This document shows, in pieces, positions 47,506 to 47,984 of a stretch of 47,984 bases of DNA. The stretch lies in the IMG/VR virus record IMGVR_UViG_3300032227_002079, positions 1-47,984 of that record; one strand, written 5' to 3'. The notes beneath the pieces are model-generated. The model saw only the letters and a list, made by a program, of their open reading frames with translations, was not told the origin of the DNA and made no database searches. A program made the translations under genes and the position numbers. Source of the stretch: a virus (lineage: Duplodnaviria; Caudoviricetes). Every line of letters starts with the position of its first letter. Position 1 is the stretch's first letter.

Positions 47506-47602
47506 CTAAAAATCTACCTAAATCTACTTAAAACTTTTCAAAAAGTCAATTATTTTTAGGATATACCCTGAAAATTTTTGATAAAGAATACTATAATATA
47601 GT

Positions 47603-47984
47603 ATGCTTTTAGTTGAACGACACCAAATTGAAGCTACAAAACAAATTGTAGAACTTTGCAAAACAAGCAAAGAACTCTACAATAAGTGCAATTATCATAT
47701 GAGGCATCGTTGGTTCTCCAATCTTAAATCAAACGATTGGTCTATCCCTCTTCCTGATATAAATGTTTTAATTGGTTTAGTTCAAAAGGAACCAAGTTTT
47801 AAAAGTCTTCACAATACAAAAACGGCTAAACAAACTGTAAGAAAGGTTCTAAGTGATTGGGGCAACTTCCGCAAAGCAATTGCTGCATTCAACAAGGATG
47901 CATCGAAATTTGCCAAGAAGCCAAAACCTCCATATTACAAAAAAGACCTTGCACAAGTGATTTTCTATGATGAAACCATTAAAA
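47603..47984 (+). CDS. tnpB: second TnpB-like protein, 3'-truncated by the window end
   Basis: Translates as MLLVERHQI...LCKTSKELYNKCNY.MR...AKQTVRKV...W.NF...KPKPPYYKK, a typical TnpB N-terminus. RuvC region not visible. Confidence 0.8.
   Translation, partial: MLLVERHQIEATKQIVELCKTSKELYNKCNYHMRHRWFSNLKSNDWSIPLPDINVLIGLVQKEPSFKSLHNTKTAKQTVRKVLSDWGNFRKAIAAFNKDASKFAKKPKPPYYKKDLAQVIFYDETIK

Noticed and set aside
1-47984. Stop-codon reassignment
   Set aside because: Core genes are full length in code 11, and the capsid gene ends in TAG right before its terminator.

Overview
AT-rich segment of a large T4-like (myovirus-type, probably jumbo) dsDNA phage genome, read in standard code 11. The head module is on the minus strand: terminase large subunit, intein-containing portal, a large core-type protein, prohead protease, scaffold and major capsid protein. 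The left half is accessory and virion-surface: RCC1-repeat, Ig-like and LamG proteins with (Ser-Pro3)n or poly-Thr linkers, plus S8, C39, zincin and M14 peptidases, a GT9-like glycosyltransferase, a deaminase, an McsA-like fragment, an orphan ABC transmembrane domain and tRNA-Gly. A family of short genes carries T4 capsid-targeting-like N-termini. The centre holds a ~370-bp array of six palindromic AATAAGTTATT sites. It sits at an apparent GC-skew inversion and between two convergent Zn-finger endonuclease genes, making it a candidate replication origin. One of those endonuclease genes is split by a 1,505-bp TnpB-only IS200/IS605 element whose empty site restores the reading frame. The right end encodes a ferritin-like protein, an M4/M36-like protease, a very acidic protein, a Cas4/RecB-like nuclease, a primase and the start of a second TnpB. 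All assignments come from motif recognition by eye; no database searches were run.
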